Virus record (IMG/VR): IMGVR_UViG_3300020403_000054 | Span: 1-30,248 of that record | Reading direction: 5' to 3' (one strand) | DNA length: 30,248 bases | Source of the DNA: a virus | Taxonomy: Duplodnaviria; Caudoviricetes | Program-made: the position numbers and the translations under genes | In this document: positions 15,611 to 25,129 of the stretch, piece after piece | Numbering within the stretch: position 1 is the stretch's first letter | Layout: each line of letters opens with the position of its first letter | Notes under the pieces: model-generated | Seen by the model: the letters and a program-made list of their open reading frames with translations, nothing else | Database searches by the model: none | Told to the model about the DNA's origin: nothing

Positions 15611-18152
15611 TCCCGCTAGTATAAAAGTCCCTAAGGCAGCTCTTTATAAGATGGTATCTTATAAGGGGTCTACTGGTGGCAAGAAATATACACCCTTACA
15701 ATCTGCAGATGAGATGGGTAAGATGCAGGGTGATATGGGAAAAGGTTTCCAAGCAGTAATAGGTGGTATAAACTCTTTAGGTGCATCTATTAATAGTATT
15801 GCACTAGGTATGCAGAGCATGACTTCTTCTATGAAGTTAGCAGTTGCTAAACAGATTAAGCAGGCAAATAAGATAGAGAAAGTCCAAGAAGATGCATTAA
15901 AAGAAGATAAAGAAAGAGAAAAGATAAAAGTAAAAGATGAAGCAAGAAGACGTAAGATACAACAAAGAGATGAAGCAGAAAAAGATTCAGAGGTAGGTAA
16001 ACCATCTCTATTCAAGAGAATAGGTAAGTCATTCAAAGAGCAGTCTAAGAAAACGTTTGGTGGATTATTTTCTGGATTAGTAAGACTATCTACTTACTTC
16101 CTCAAGATAGTAGTGGGATTTGCTGCATTAAATTGGATAGCAAAGAATCCAGAAGCAATACAAAGACTTGCTAAAACTTTAGCATCAGTGGGTAAGTTTG
16201 TATTGAGTGTATCGTCTTTCCTAGCAGGAAATGCATTCAATGGTCTTATAAGTTTCTTAGAGAATCCTATCAGTCTTAAAGGATTGTTTGGTGCTCTTCA
16301 ATTTGTCATTGCTGCAGCACCATTGTTTGCGACAATGGCATTCCTTAGAAATCCTATTGGCACAGTCCGTGCATTCTCATGGGTAATCGGCACATTAGGT
16401 AAATCTATAGCAGGAATGTTTAAGGCAGGCAAGGGTATGAAAGCCTTGCGTGCATTCCAACGTAATAAATTTGCAAGAATTGGATTAGGTGTAGGTGCGG
16501 GATTAGGCACAGCTTTCTCAATCCAAGCAGCTGGTGGGGATGTAGAAGAGGTTGTTGGTGGTGGAATAGGTGCTGCAGGCGGTAGTATGTTGGGTGCTAA
16601 GTTGGGAGAGGCAACTGGTATTCCTGGCATGGGAATGATATTGGGTGCAGCAGGAGGAGCACTTGGTGGAAAAGCAGGAGCAGGCATCGGTAAGATGTTG
16701 AAACCTATAATGGAGCCACTAGGTAGATTCTTTAAAATGGTAGGTGACACATTTAATAAGATAATGGAGCCTATTAAAGATAGTTTAAATGGATTCTTTG
16801 AAGCATTTGGTGGTGTTATGAATGGAGTCTTAGATTTTATTGAGCCACATATGCCATTGATTGAGAAGATTCTAGGAATAGGTATTGATGTAATGTTTGG
16901 ACCCTTATTCATGGGGTTAAAAGCATTAACGGCAGTATTGAAATTCTTTGCACCTAAAGCAGATAAAGAAGATGAAGAAGAAACATCTTCTTCAAAAACT
17001 GGTGAAAAACTGTCATCATCATCACAAAGTTCTGGTGAGACTCAACCAACTGCGGATGGTGTGGAGGAAACTAAAAAACAACCAGACATAAAATTACAAA
17101 TTGAATTAACTCAGGATAGAATTGCAAAATTGAAATCAGGTGAAATACCTGATAAAGATGGATATAAGTTAGCTTTTGCTAAGAAGAAACTTAAAATCTT
17201 AGAAGACAACTTATCAGAGGGTGGTGAAGTTTCTCCACCCAAATTTGCAAAAGGTGGATGGATAAACGGTCCTATGTCTGGATACCCTGTATCACTAGAC
17301 GGTGGTAAAAGCACAGCATTTATTGGTCATGGTTTAGAGTGGGTTGGGTCTAAGATGGCGAGTGGTGGTGCATTTGTTGTGCCATACAATACTCCTGCAA
17401 CTAAAAAAGATAGCGGACTGACATCACGAAGATTTCGTGAAGCAATGCAGGGTGGATATGCATTACCTCAGAAGTCAGAGGGTGGTGAAGTAGAGCAGAT
17501 TATAGGTAATGTGAATATTGAGAATCAAATCATGGGTCAAGGATATGCTATTGATATAGAGAGTCTTAGAAGACATCAAAAACAAATATTAAAGCAATTA
17601 CCTGAGGGCACTTCTATTGATGATGTGATTGCGGGTCAAGTGCAGATGAATCAAGATAGATTAATTAATATCTTACGCACCAGTGATGCACAAAAAGAGA
17701 CGCATATGCGTCAACGACAAGAGACAGTTAAGAAGTTGAAGAAGAATTTTACCAACTTCATAACAGCAGAAAGAAATGAAGAAGGTGAAGCTACAGGATG
17801 GAAGAGAATTTACTTAGGATTAGCAGATGCATACACAGGTAACCAATACGACTTTGATGGTCGTGGTGACCAGACAATATTGGAAGGTGCAAAAAACTTA
17901 AAGAGTGATGCTAGTAACTTAATTCAGCAAGCTAAGTTAGCACTTATAGATAAGAAAAATGAGTTATTAGGTAAGAAGAATCAGGTCATAGAAGCACCAA
18001 CACAAACTGCTCCTCCAGTGCAAATGTCAACGCCTGGTGGTCAGTATGAAATACCAATCCCTATAGATTCTGTTGGTGCTGCCGACCCTTATCTCATAAC
18101 CAGATTTGGTTTGGTATCTGAATTTAATGGCGATGTAGCGGAGTTAATGTAA
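15600..18152 (+). CDS. Tape-measure-like tail protein B (paralog of the upstream gene)
   Basis: 850 aa; coiled-coil, glycine-zipper segments and F/M-A-x-GG motifs; shares blocks with the upstream ORF. Confidence 0.65.
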   Translation: MATNPASIKVPKAALYKMVSYKGSTGGKKYTPLQSADEMGKMQGDMGKGFQAVIGGINSLGASINSIALGMQSMTSSMKLAVAKQIKQANKIEKVQEDALKEDKEREKIKVKDEARRRKIQQRDEAEKDSEVGKPSLFKRIGKSFKEQSKKTFGGLFSGLVRLSTYFLKIVVGFAALNWIAKNPEAIQRLAKTLASVGKFVLSVSSFLAGNAFNGLISFLENPISLKGLFGALQFVIAAAPLFATMAFLRNPIGTVRAFSWVIGTLGKSIAGMFKAGKGMKALRAFQRNKFARIGLGVGAGLGTAFSIQAAGGDVEEVVGGGIGAAGGSMLGAKLGEATGIPGMGMILGAAGGALGGKAGAGIGKMLKPIMEPLGRFFKMVGDTFNKIMEPIKDSLNGFFEAFGGVMNGVLDFIEPHMPLIEKILGIGIDVMFGPLFMGLKALTAVLKFFAPKADKEDEEETSSSKTGEKLSSSSQSSGETQPTADGVEETKKQPDIKLQIELTQDRIAKLKSGEIPDKDGYKLAFAKKKLKILEDNLSEGGEVSPPKFAKGGWINGPMSGYPVSLDGGKSTAFIGHGLEWVGSKMASGGAFVVPYNTPATKKDSGLTSRRFREAMQGGYALPQKSEGGEVEQIIGNVNIENQIMGQGYAIDIESLRRHQKQILKQLPEGTSIDDVIAGQVQMNQDRLINILRTSDAQKETHMRQRQETVKKLKKNFTNFITAERNEEGEATGWKRIYLGLADAYTGNQYDFDGRGDQTILEGAKNLKSDASNLIQQAKLALIDKKNELLGKKNQVIEAPTQTAPPVQMSTPGGQYEIPIPIDSVGAADPYLITRFGLVSEFNGDVAELM

Positions 18153-19531
18153 TGGCAGATAGAAAATCACGGTTATTTACATTAGATAAAATGGAGATTG
18201 CCATACCTAGTGGTGACCCTCCAACGTATGATATACGAGACCTTGTAATTGATTTTAATTACACTGAATCTATTGACTCACCTTTTATTAGGTGTGACTT
18301 TACTATGATTGATGCTATCGACTTCAACAAATTGTTGATAGGTGGTGAGATTATTACTGTCAAACTAACTACTGAAAGTAGCACTTTAGATGGAGATAAG
18401 AAGTCATTAGAATTTAAAGTTAGAGTATTTAAAATTGGTAGCACAATCAAGAGTGAGAGAGGGCAGTTGTATATCTTACATTGCACATCACCAGAAGCAT
18501 ATCCAAATGAAATGAATAAAGTATTCAAACCATTCGGACCTGCAGGAAAAGATGTTGACCACATCCCCAAGCATATATGTAAGGAATATCTTTCAGCACC
18601 TAAAGAAAAGACTAAGGATGTTAACTTTGAGCCACATTCTAAGATATCATTTATATCTACAAATTGGAGACCAGTAGAAGCAATCTCATATATGTCTGAT
18701 AAAGTGACACGTATTGAGGGTAGTGGCAGTGGAAAGACATCACGAAAACAATCTGGATTTTTATTTTACGAGAATAGATATGGGTTTAATTTTAAATCAC
18801 TAGACGCATTATGTTTAGGTAGTGGAGTACCCGAAGGCACAGAAATATTTGAGTATACTTATATACAACAGGGTAATGACCCTCCTAACAATGGTTATCA
18901 TACCATTGAGAAGATATCCTACCCTGACAGAGCCAACCATCTTAGAAACATGAGAATGGGGACATTTAAGACTGCTGCTATCAGCATATCTATGCCACGT
19001 CCTACAAACTCTAATGCTACTGATACTGGCTCAACTGAAGATACTGCCCCTGCAGGGACTATTCATAGTCCTAAGGTTTTATCATACGCACAAGTGTTTA
19101 CTAAGGCAGATACAATACATAAAAGAAAACCTTATGATTTGCCTTCTGACCTTGAAGAATTTGATGGTGCGACAAGGATTAAATACAGAGCATTGCCTGG
19201 TTTAAAAAACCAAGCAAATCTTGATGATCCTGAAAACGGAACAAATCCTGACGATGATACAATGGCAGTTGCAGAATATGCTGCTTCACGCTATAATCTA
19301 CTACAGGCAATACAACTATCAATAGTTGTACCTGGTAATTCTGCTCTAACGGCAGGAATGCTTATCAAGGTGAGGATACCAGCCTCCCAAGAAAAGCAAA
19401 GGTCTCTTAAAGAAGACCTAAGATATAGTGGAAAGTATCTAATTTCCGCAGTGACACACACTTTCACGAAAGAAGGTTTGACTAGCAAACTTGTTTTGAC
19501 TAGAGACTCTGTTATGAAGGACATTTACTAA
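18152..19531 (+). CDS. Baseplate hub protein (gp27-like)
   Basis: FNYTESI.SPFI...F.MID, FLFYEN..GFNFKSLD.L, VPGN..LTAG..I and YSGKYLI.AV.H.F motifs typical of hub proteins. Confidence 0.7.
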   Translation: MADRKSRLFTLDKMEIAIPSGDPPTYDIRDLVIDFNYTESIDSPFIRCDFTMIDAIDFNKLLIGGEIITVKLTTESSTLDGDKKSLEFKVRVFKIGSTIKSERGQLYILHCTSPEAYPNEMNKVFKPFGPAGKDVDHIPKHICKEYLSAPKEKTKDVNFEPHSKISFISTNWRPVEAISYMSDKVTRIEGSGSGKTSRKQSGFLFYENRYGFNFKSLDALCLGSGVPEGTEIFEYTYIQQGNDPPNNGYHTIEKISYPDRANHLRNMRMGTFKTAAISISMPRPTNSNATDTGSTEDTAPAGTIHSPKVLSYAQVFTKADTIHKRKPYDLPSDLEEFDGATRIKYRALPGLKNQANLDDPENGTNPDDDTMAVAEYAASRYNLLQAIQLSIVVPGNSALTAGMLIKVRIPASQEKQRSLKEDLRYSGKYLISAVTHTFTKEGLTSKLVLTRDSVMKDIY

Positions 19532-19543
19532 AGGTAAACTAAT

Positions 19544-19771
19544 ATGGAATCTATAGAACAACACATTCAAAAAGATAAAGATATCATTGAAAATCCCTTG
19601 GCGTCTCCTGCAGCACGCAGGCATGCAAAGGTAGAATTACATGAGTTGGAAGAATACGCAGAGCATCACAAAGATGAGATTGCTGCAGGAGACCACCATG
19701 ACCCTAACGCTCTTGAGTTATTCTGCGACCAAAATCCTGACGAACCAGAGTGTTTGATTTACGATGACTAA
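19544..19771 (+). CDS. cp12: CP12 Calvin-cycle inhibitor
   Basis: C-terminal LELFCDQNPDEPECLIYDD CP12 signature; SP..RRH...EL.ELE.Y. Confidence 0.93.
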   Translation: MESIEQHIQKDKDIIENPLASPAARRHAKVELHELEEYAEHHKDEIAAGDHHDPNALELFCDQNPDEPECLIYDD

Positions 19772-19976
19772 TAACTACTTCTCCTTCACGGATGAAGAGT
19801 TGGAATGCATAAGAGTATGTGTAGCAAATGCACCTATTCCTTATGATATAACTAAGAAGAAGATACCAGTTCTCGTCCTAGATAAAATAGGACACCCGAA
19901 ACCTAGGGAAGGAAAAGGTATTGAAAAAGTGAAGTATGACTTAACACCTTACGGTATATTTGACTATGATGAATAA
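19764..19976 (+). CDS. Hypothetical protein
   Basis: 70 aa ORF overlapping the cp12 stop. Confidence 0.6.
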   Translation: MTNNYFSFTDEELECIRVCVANAPIPYDITKKKIPVLVLDKIGHPKPREGKGIEKVKYDLTPYGIFDYDE

Positions 19977-20436
19977 CTGGGAAGATTTGATTCAAGGACA
20001 TTATCGAAACCAACGTCAAGCAATGTCTAACCCTGCCAAGTGGCCTCAGGTTGACATTAAGATTTGGAAGACTGGTAGTGGCATCTTTGAGTCAAAGTCG
20101 TGGTATAAGTATAAGGGAGAAGATAATCCTTACAACTGGTTACGTTATAGGGTAACTGGTATGGCAGAGGATTTTGTGAAAACAGATATCTTCAATTTAA
20201 TGCACAATACAGATTCATGCCCCTTCTACTGGAAATGGGATAAACAAACTGGATGGTGGTCTGGCACTACGTTAGATGACTGTATTGTTAGAGGACATAA
20301 GATGGTATCCACAGTTAGATTCAATGGATTTGACTATAGGTCACAGGACTTTGGATATAATCTAGAGACAAATGAGCAGGCATGGGGCAAGCCAAAAGAA
20401 GAAGGTGAGTTTCAATTTGTTGCTATAAATAACTAA
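19966..20436 (+). CDS. cpeT: CpeT/CpcT-like phycobilin lyase
   Basis: G.Y.N..QA..NP..W, SWY.Y.....PY, D.GY..ET.EQ.WG....FQF motifs. Confidence 0.8.
   Translation: MMNNWEDLIQGHYRNQRQAMSNPAKWPQVDIKIWKTGSGIFESKSWYKYKGEDNPYNWLRYRVTGMAEDFVKTDIFNLMHNTDSCPFYWKWDKQTGWWSGTTLDDCIVRGHKMVSTVRFNGFDYRSQDFGYNLETNEQAWGKPKEEGEFQFVAINN
20424..20431 (+). promoter_or_regulatory. T4 late promoter TATAAATA for gp5
   Basis: Perfect consensus 17 nt before ATG 20449. Confidence 0.8.
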
Positions 20437-20448
20437 AACGTTAATAAA

Positions 20449-23184
20449 ATGAAAACAAGGTCGGACTTTCTAGGAAGAGACGGATACACATGGTGGGTTG
20501 GCGAGGTTGAGTCTAATAAAGACCCCTCGGAGCTTGGTCGTGTCAAGGTGCGTATTCTTGGTTGGTATACAGGAAGTTACGATAAAGAAGCATATACAAA
20601 AGAAGTCCCAACAGCATCGTTACCTTGGGCAAGTGTATTGTTACCAACTGACCATGCACAGACTAAAAATACAGGTACAACCTGTCAACTACAGCCAGGT
20701 GCATGGGTATTAGGATTTTTCCTTGATGGAGATGAAGCACAGTTACCTTGTGTATTAGGAGCATTCAGAGGATTTCAGCAGAAAGAAAGCGATAAGAAAA
20801 CGACTATTGCTGATGGCACAGAAGGTGTAAAGGCAAATAGTTTACAGAAAGATTTAACTGGTGCAGAAAGGAATGAAGGTAATCCTTTCGTTAAAGTGCA
20901 ATCAGAGACACCTTCAGATGATAGTGGTAACACAGAAGAATCACGTGGTGCTATATCTCAAGGAGAGGAAGCACTGCCAGGTAATGTAATTACTAATCCA
21001 ATCAAACCCTCTGTAGAAGCAAACTCTATTGCAGATGGTGTTGGCGGACCTGGTGGGTCAGGATTTGAAATAGATTTGAAACGTATGTTGCAAGAGTTGG
21101 GTGAAATGTCATCCGCTTCAGCATGGACTAAGAATGGTATGATTTCACTTGCAACAGGTCATAAGATTGCAGGAGATAAAATTAGAGAGCATCTCGGAAG
21201 AATTACTAACTTCTTATCCTCAGGTATTGCAGGAATCCTTGCACCATTAAAAGAATTACTAGCAAAGATTATTGCAGAGGTTATCAATGCTTTAGTTAAG
21301 ATTGTATCTAAATTCATTCCTCTCGGTGTTATCAATGCTATTCTTAGTTTAGTTGAAGAGATATTCAGTATATTTTGTGCTAAGACACCAATGTGGTTAG
21401 GACTGGTGAGGGCAGCACTGAATGACGTCACGAATTTCGCAAACCAGATGGCATCGCTTGCCATTAATAAGGTGATTAATGCTGTTAATAAAGCAATCGC
21501 TGATGCAGTTAAGGCAGTTACATGTCGTATATTAAATGGTATCACTGCAGCAATGGAAAGAATCAAGGGTGTTGCGGGTGATATTATTGCAGCAGTCTCT
21601 ACAGCAAGAGCGATAGCTGGTATGGCAAGAGCAATCGGGTCTACTGTTTCTAAAATCTTTGAAGTTGACTTCACTAAGTTAGATTGGGGTAGTTTGATTT
21701 CTATTATTAAAATGCTTCTTGGCACACTCTTTAAGAAAGATTGTGGTAGGAAAATTAAACGACCTAAACAAAATCGGTGGTATCCTCTGATAGGTACGAC
21801 ATCATGTACAAACATAGATGATGCAGTAAAAGGCACACCATATAAATGTGGTGACTTAACTTCTAAGGGTGAGAGTCCAGGAATTACTATTCCAGGTTTG
21901 AGTTATATTGATAACATGTTTCAAAACTTAGACACAAAGTTGATGGAGGTAACTACCTTCCTCGATGGGTCTAAGATTATTCATGATGCAAATCCAGGTA
22001 AAGTAAAATCTATTATCTCAGGACCTGGTGGTGTATCTCTGTTTGAAGATGAGTATGGTAACAAACATACCAACGTGCCTAATAATGAAACAAAAACTGT
22101 TGGTAAAGATTTAGCACAAACCATTAAAGGTAATTATGTATTGACTGTTGAGGGAGACATGTATCTCAAAGTCATGGGTAATTATCATGAAGAAATTACT
22201 GGTGCAAAGAATGAGCACTCATCTAACGGTCCTCAATCAGAGGCAGATGGGTCATCTGATAGTCCTAGTGACGACCAATTAGATAGTATGCTGAAGGATG
22301 TTGATACTAACGTGACATCAAATCATACAAACAGTAGCACCTTTAAATCAGCAAACTCAAGTAATAATGATAGTGGTAGTGGTAGTAGTGTTAATGTGCC
22401 AACAGGGTCTGGTGGAAACTACTTAAACTATACAAAGGTGTTTAAAAAGAAAGCAGGAGATAGATATCAAATATTAAAGAAGAATAATTTAGGTGGATTC
22501 TACCCAGTAGATGAGATACCTTATCATCCTGATGCTGACGAGTGGGGTAGGACACCATACGGTCCTCAACTTAAGGCAGAGTTGCAAGATGATAACGAGC
22601 AAAAGTCTGCAATGCGTAAGGAAGGAGACCATGAAATTGCATACACAGGTGAGGTGGCAATACAGGGGTCTAAAGTTAAGATTACTGCTGTTGAAGGTAT
22701 TAACTTGAATGCTCAGACAGTTAGGACAGAAGCAAATACTATTGAAAACGTTGCAGATGGTGAGATAGTTAACGAAGCAAACTGGATTACATCCTTCTTA
22801 AATGCAGGAAGATTTGAATTCGTTGCACTATTCAATCCGTTTGCTGCATTGACTGGACAGTTTAGTCTAGTCAAAGGGTCAATCGTTGATATTGTAACTG
22901 ACTTACCATTCCCATCAGTTTCACCACCAACTCATACACGTATTGCGGTGTCATCTACCATACCAGGTTCTATGAATGACATCATTGCAGGGTCAGTGTC
23001 AGGTGTCCATAACACATTCATCGCTGCTCCTACAGGTGTTATCACTGAATTTGTAACCGCAGGAAACATCATGAATCAAGTGGTGGCAGGCATGGCGTCC
23101 TACTCTGTGGGTGCAGGATACATGGCGACTGGTTGCGGTTTCGGACCTCATCAGGTCTATGGCTTGCCATTACTCCTAAACTAG
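20449..23184 (+). CDS. gp5: Baseplate central spike gp5 (OB-fold plus beta-helix; no lysozyme domain recognised)
   Basis: WWVGEVE...DP..LGRVKVRILG, LPWA, G.WVLGFFLDG..AQ.P.VLG and V.G[DN] beta-helix repeats. Confidence 0.9.
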   Translation: MKTRSDFLGRDGYTWWVGEVESNKDPSELGRVKVRILGWYTGSYDKEAYTKEVPTASLPWASVLLPTDHAQTKNTGTTCQLQPGAWVLGFFLDGDEAQLPCVLGAFRGFQQKESDKKTTIADGTEGVKANSLQKDLTGAERNEGNPFVKVQSETPSDDSGNTEESRGAISQGEEALPGNVITNPIKPSVEANSIADGVGGPGGSGFEIDLKRMLQELGEMSSASAWTKNGMISLATGHKIAGDKIREHLGRITNFLSSGIAGILAPLKELLAKIIAEVINALVKIVSKFIPLGVINAILSLVEEIFSIFCAKTPMWLGLVRAALNDVTNFANQMASLAINKVINAVNKAIADAVKAVTCRILNGITAAMERIKGVAGDIIAAVSTARAIAGMARAIGSTVSKIFEVDFTKLDWGSLISIIKMLLGTLFKKDCGRKIKRPKQNRWYPLIGTTSCTNIDDAVKGTPYKCGDLTSKGESPGITIPGLSYIDNMFQNLDTKLMEVTTFLDGSKIIHDANPGKVKSIISGPGGVSLFEDEYGNKHTNVPNNETKTVGKDLAQTIKGNYVLTVEGDMYLKVMGNYHEEITGAKNEHSSNGPQSEADGSSDSPSDDQLDSMLKDVDTNVTSNHTNSSTFKSANSSNNDSGSGSSVNVPTGSGGNYLNYTKVFKKKAGDRYQILKKNNLGGFYPVDEIPYHPDADEWGRTPYGPQLKAELQDDNEQKSAMRKEGDHEIAYTGEVAIQGSKVKITAVEGINLNAQTVRTEANTIENVADGEIVNEANWITSFLNAGRFEFVALFNPFAALTGQFSLVKGSIVDIVTDLPFPSVSPPTHTRIAVSSTIPGSMNDIIAGSVSGVHNTFIAAPTGVITEFVTAGNIMNQVVAGMASYSVGAGYMATGCGFGPHQVYGLPLLLN

Positions 23185-23192
23185 GGTATACT
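23164..23192 (+). promoter_or_regulatory. Sigma70-like early promoter overlapping the gp5 3' end
   Basis: TTGCCA-N17-TATACT, 22 nt before ATG 23215. Confidence 0.7.
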
Positions 23193-23214
23193 AGGGAGAG
23201 AAACTACTCCCCTC

Positions 23215-23424
23215 ATGATTGAAAGCTTTGATGAGCTCAACAATACGACCACGTATTTGGAGCATATCTGGGTAGAGATACCCAAGCGTAGCGTAAAGAT
23301 TCTTGATACAGAAGGTTACGAAGAGACCGTAACATGGAAGTTTGACACAGAAGGAATGGAAGGTTTCATGGAAACCTTGACCACATTTCAAGACCTCCCA
23401 GAAGATTTAATTACTTACCTATGA
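23215..23424 (+). CDS. Acidic cyanophage hypothetical protein
   Basis: 69 aa ORF; ATGA-coupled to the next gene. Confidence 0.7.
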   Translation: MIESFDELNNTTTYLEHIWVEIPKRSVKILDTEGYEETVTWKFDTEGMEGFMETLTTFQDLPEDLITYL

Positions 23425-23660
23425 ATATCATTAGCGTAGAAGTTGCAGAGTTTAAAGCAAACTTTGACTTCATTATGTCACTTGTAGCAAAAGGACATAC
23501 AGTAAAGATTAATACAGGAGACAAAGTTGCTATAATTACATCAGTAGCACAAGCTCCACCAGAAATAAATATTCCGCAACCAGAGGAGTTTGTGCCAGAC
23601 CCTGCAGGCACACAAGCATTCGTTGCTGAATCTCTTGGACAAATGACAAAGGATTTTTAA
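23421..23660 (+). CDS. Phd/YefM-antitoxin-like small protein
   Basis: N-terminal VEVAEFKANFDFIMSLVAKGHTVKI resembles the Phd DNA-binding fold. Confidence 0.5.
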   Translation: MNIISVEVAEFKANFDFIMSLVAKGHTVKINTGDKVAIITSVAQAPPEINIPQPEEFVPDPAGTQAFVAESLGQMTKDF

Positions 23661-24286
23661 TGGACAAACTTAGTGATAAATTAGAAGATGTAATCCAAAG
23701 TGAAACTTATGGATTCTTTCCTACACCTGTTACAAGAATCAAAGCACCAAATCATGCAGACCTTAAAAAAGGAATCATGGAGTGGATTAGTAAAGAAGAT
23801 ATTTTACCTAAGCATGGAAGGGAGTCAATTTGCCATGGCATCTCACAAATAGGAGAGACTAATAAACTTTTTAATGACTATTATGAGTTTAGGACGACTA
23901 TTATGGATGCTGTTGCCAAGCATAATGAGTCATCTTATAACTATAAATCAGACTTACAAGTCTCTGAGAGTTATCTAGAGTTAGCAACTGAAGGTGCAAT
24001 CTACGCACCTCATGAGCATAGTAATTGTGTATACTCACTTACTTACCTTGTTAACTATAATCATGAGCAACACGCATATATTAAATGGAGAAAGAATGTT
24101 GCATCTAATCACTATCCCATATTGCAGATAGATAGTGAAAATCCAACTGCTTTTAATTTAACAGAAGCAACTTTCAATATGGAGGAAGGAGATATTATTA
24201 TCTACCCCTCAAACGTTACACATGGATTTGATTCAAACCCCAGTAACGATAGAATTGCATTCACAGCTAATATCACCATAGGTTGA
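23660..24286 (+). CDS. Fe(II)/2OG oxygenase (TIGR02466-like)
   Basis: FFPTPV, H.H.N..YS..Y, EEGDIIIYPS.V.H and RIAFTAN. Confidence 0.8.
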   Translation: MDKLSDKLEDVIQSETYGFFPTPVTRIKAPNHADLKKGIMEWISKEDILPKHGRESICHGISQIGETNKLFNDYYEFRTTIMDAVAKHNESSYNYKSDLQVSESYLELATEGAIYAPHEHSNCVYSLTYLVNYNHEQHAYIKWRKNVASNHYPILQIDSENPTAFNLTEATFNMEEGDIIIYPSNVTHGFDSNPSNDRIAFTANITIG

Positions 24287-24588
24287 TGGTCAAGGCAGAA
24301 ATCACACATAACTATTGCTACCTTACAATGTATACTCAGAAACCTGAGGAGACAGTAAGGGTGATAGTCATGATGTATTTCATCAATGGCATTCCATTTA
24401 CTTTTGAAGAGTTACCTCAAGCAGTGCAAGACTTAGATGATGTGAGGACAGAGGCAGATTGGTATTCGCTAGAATATACTGACATAGACTTGTATCATGC
24501 GAGTGAATATCTTATAATGGAGCAGTGTCATCCACTCATCTTCGATATGGAATATATGACTGACAACTATGAAAATATCCCCGAATAA
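24286..24588 (+). CDS. Cyanophage hypothetical protein
   Basis: MYFINGIPFTFEEL...YL..EQCHP; start uncertain. Confidence 0.65.
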   Translation: MVKAEITHNYCYLTMYTQKPEETVRVIVMMYFINGIPFTFEELPQAVQDLDDVRTEADWYSLEYTDIDLYHASEYLIMEQCHPLIFDMEYMTDNYENIPE

Positions 24589-25129
24589 TATTTTTAATCA
24601 AACTTTTTATTGGAAGTTTAAAGCACCCAATAGTGAAGAGTTGTCAGAGTTTGTGATGAAACAAAAGAGTGGAGACCCAGTACCTTGGGGTAAACTCTGC
24701 TCTGTTAAAATGACACAGATACTAGACGACATACTTCCTATGATGCAACCTAGTATCAATAAATTGTGTGAAGCACTTGACCAAAGAATGCTCATGTCTA
24801 TGAATAGACCTTGGGTAAGTCATTACGAAAGAGGGGATTATCAAGAACCTCATGACCACAATGACTGTGATGTTGTTGGTGTTTTCTTTCCAGAATATTT
24901 GGAAGGGTATTCACAATTTTATTTCCTAGATAGACATGTGGACTTGTCACCAGTTTGGAAGCACGTTTTACAGACTGAGCAGACACACATTCCTAAAATC
25001 GAGGCGGGAGATATTCTATTTTTTCCTGGCCACATGTTTCATGGGGTAACATCCCACAAACATGACAACGTAAGAAAAACATTATCCTGCAATTTTTGGA
25101 TAAAAAATATTGCACCTAAACTATTATGA
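24569..25129 (+). CDS. Fe(II)/2OG oxygenase (TIGR02466-like)
   Basis: W...Y.RGDYQEPHDH, GDILFFP..MFHGV..H and RKTLS.NF. Confidence 0.82.
   Translation: MKISPNNIFNQTFYWKFKAPNSEELSEFVMKQKSGDPVPWGKLCSVKMTQILDDILPMMQPSINKLCEALDQRMLMSMNRPWVSHYERGDYQEPHDHNDCDVVGVFFPEYLEGYSQFYFLDRHVDLSPVWKHVLQTEQTHIPKIEAGDILFFPGHMFHGVTSHKHDNVRKTLSCNFWIKNIAPKLL

Noticed and set aside
22210-22600. Possible intein or intron in gp5
   Set aside because: The frame is uninterrupted, with no intein terminal motifs (C/S...HN) and no homing-endonuclease signature. Treated as a low-complexity insert.
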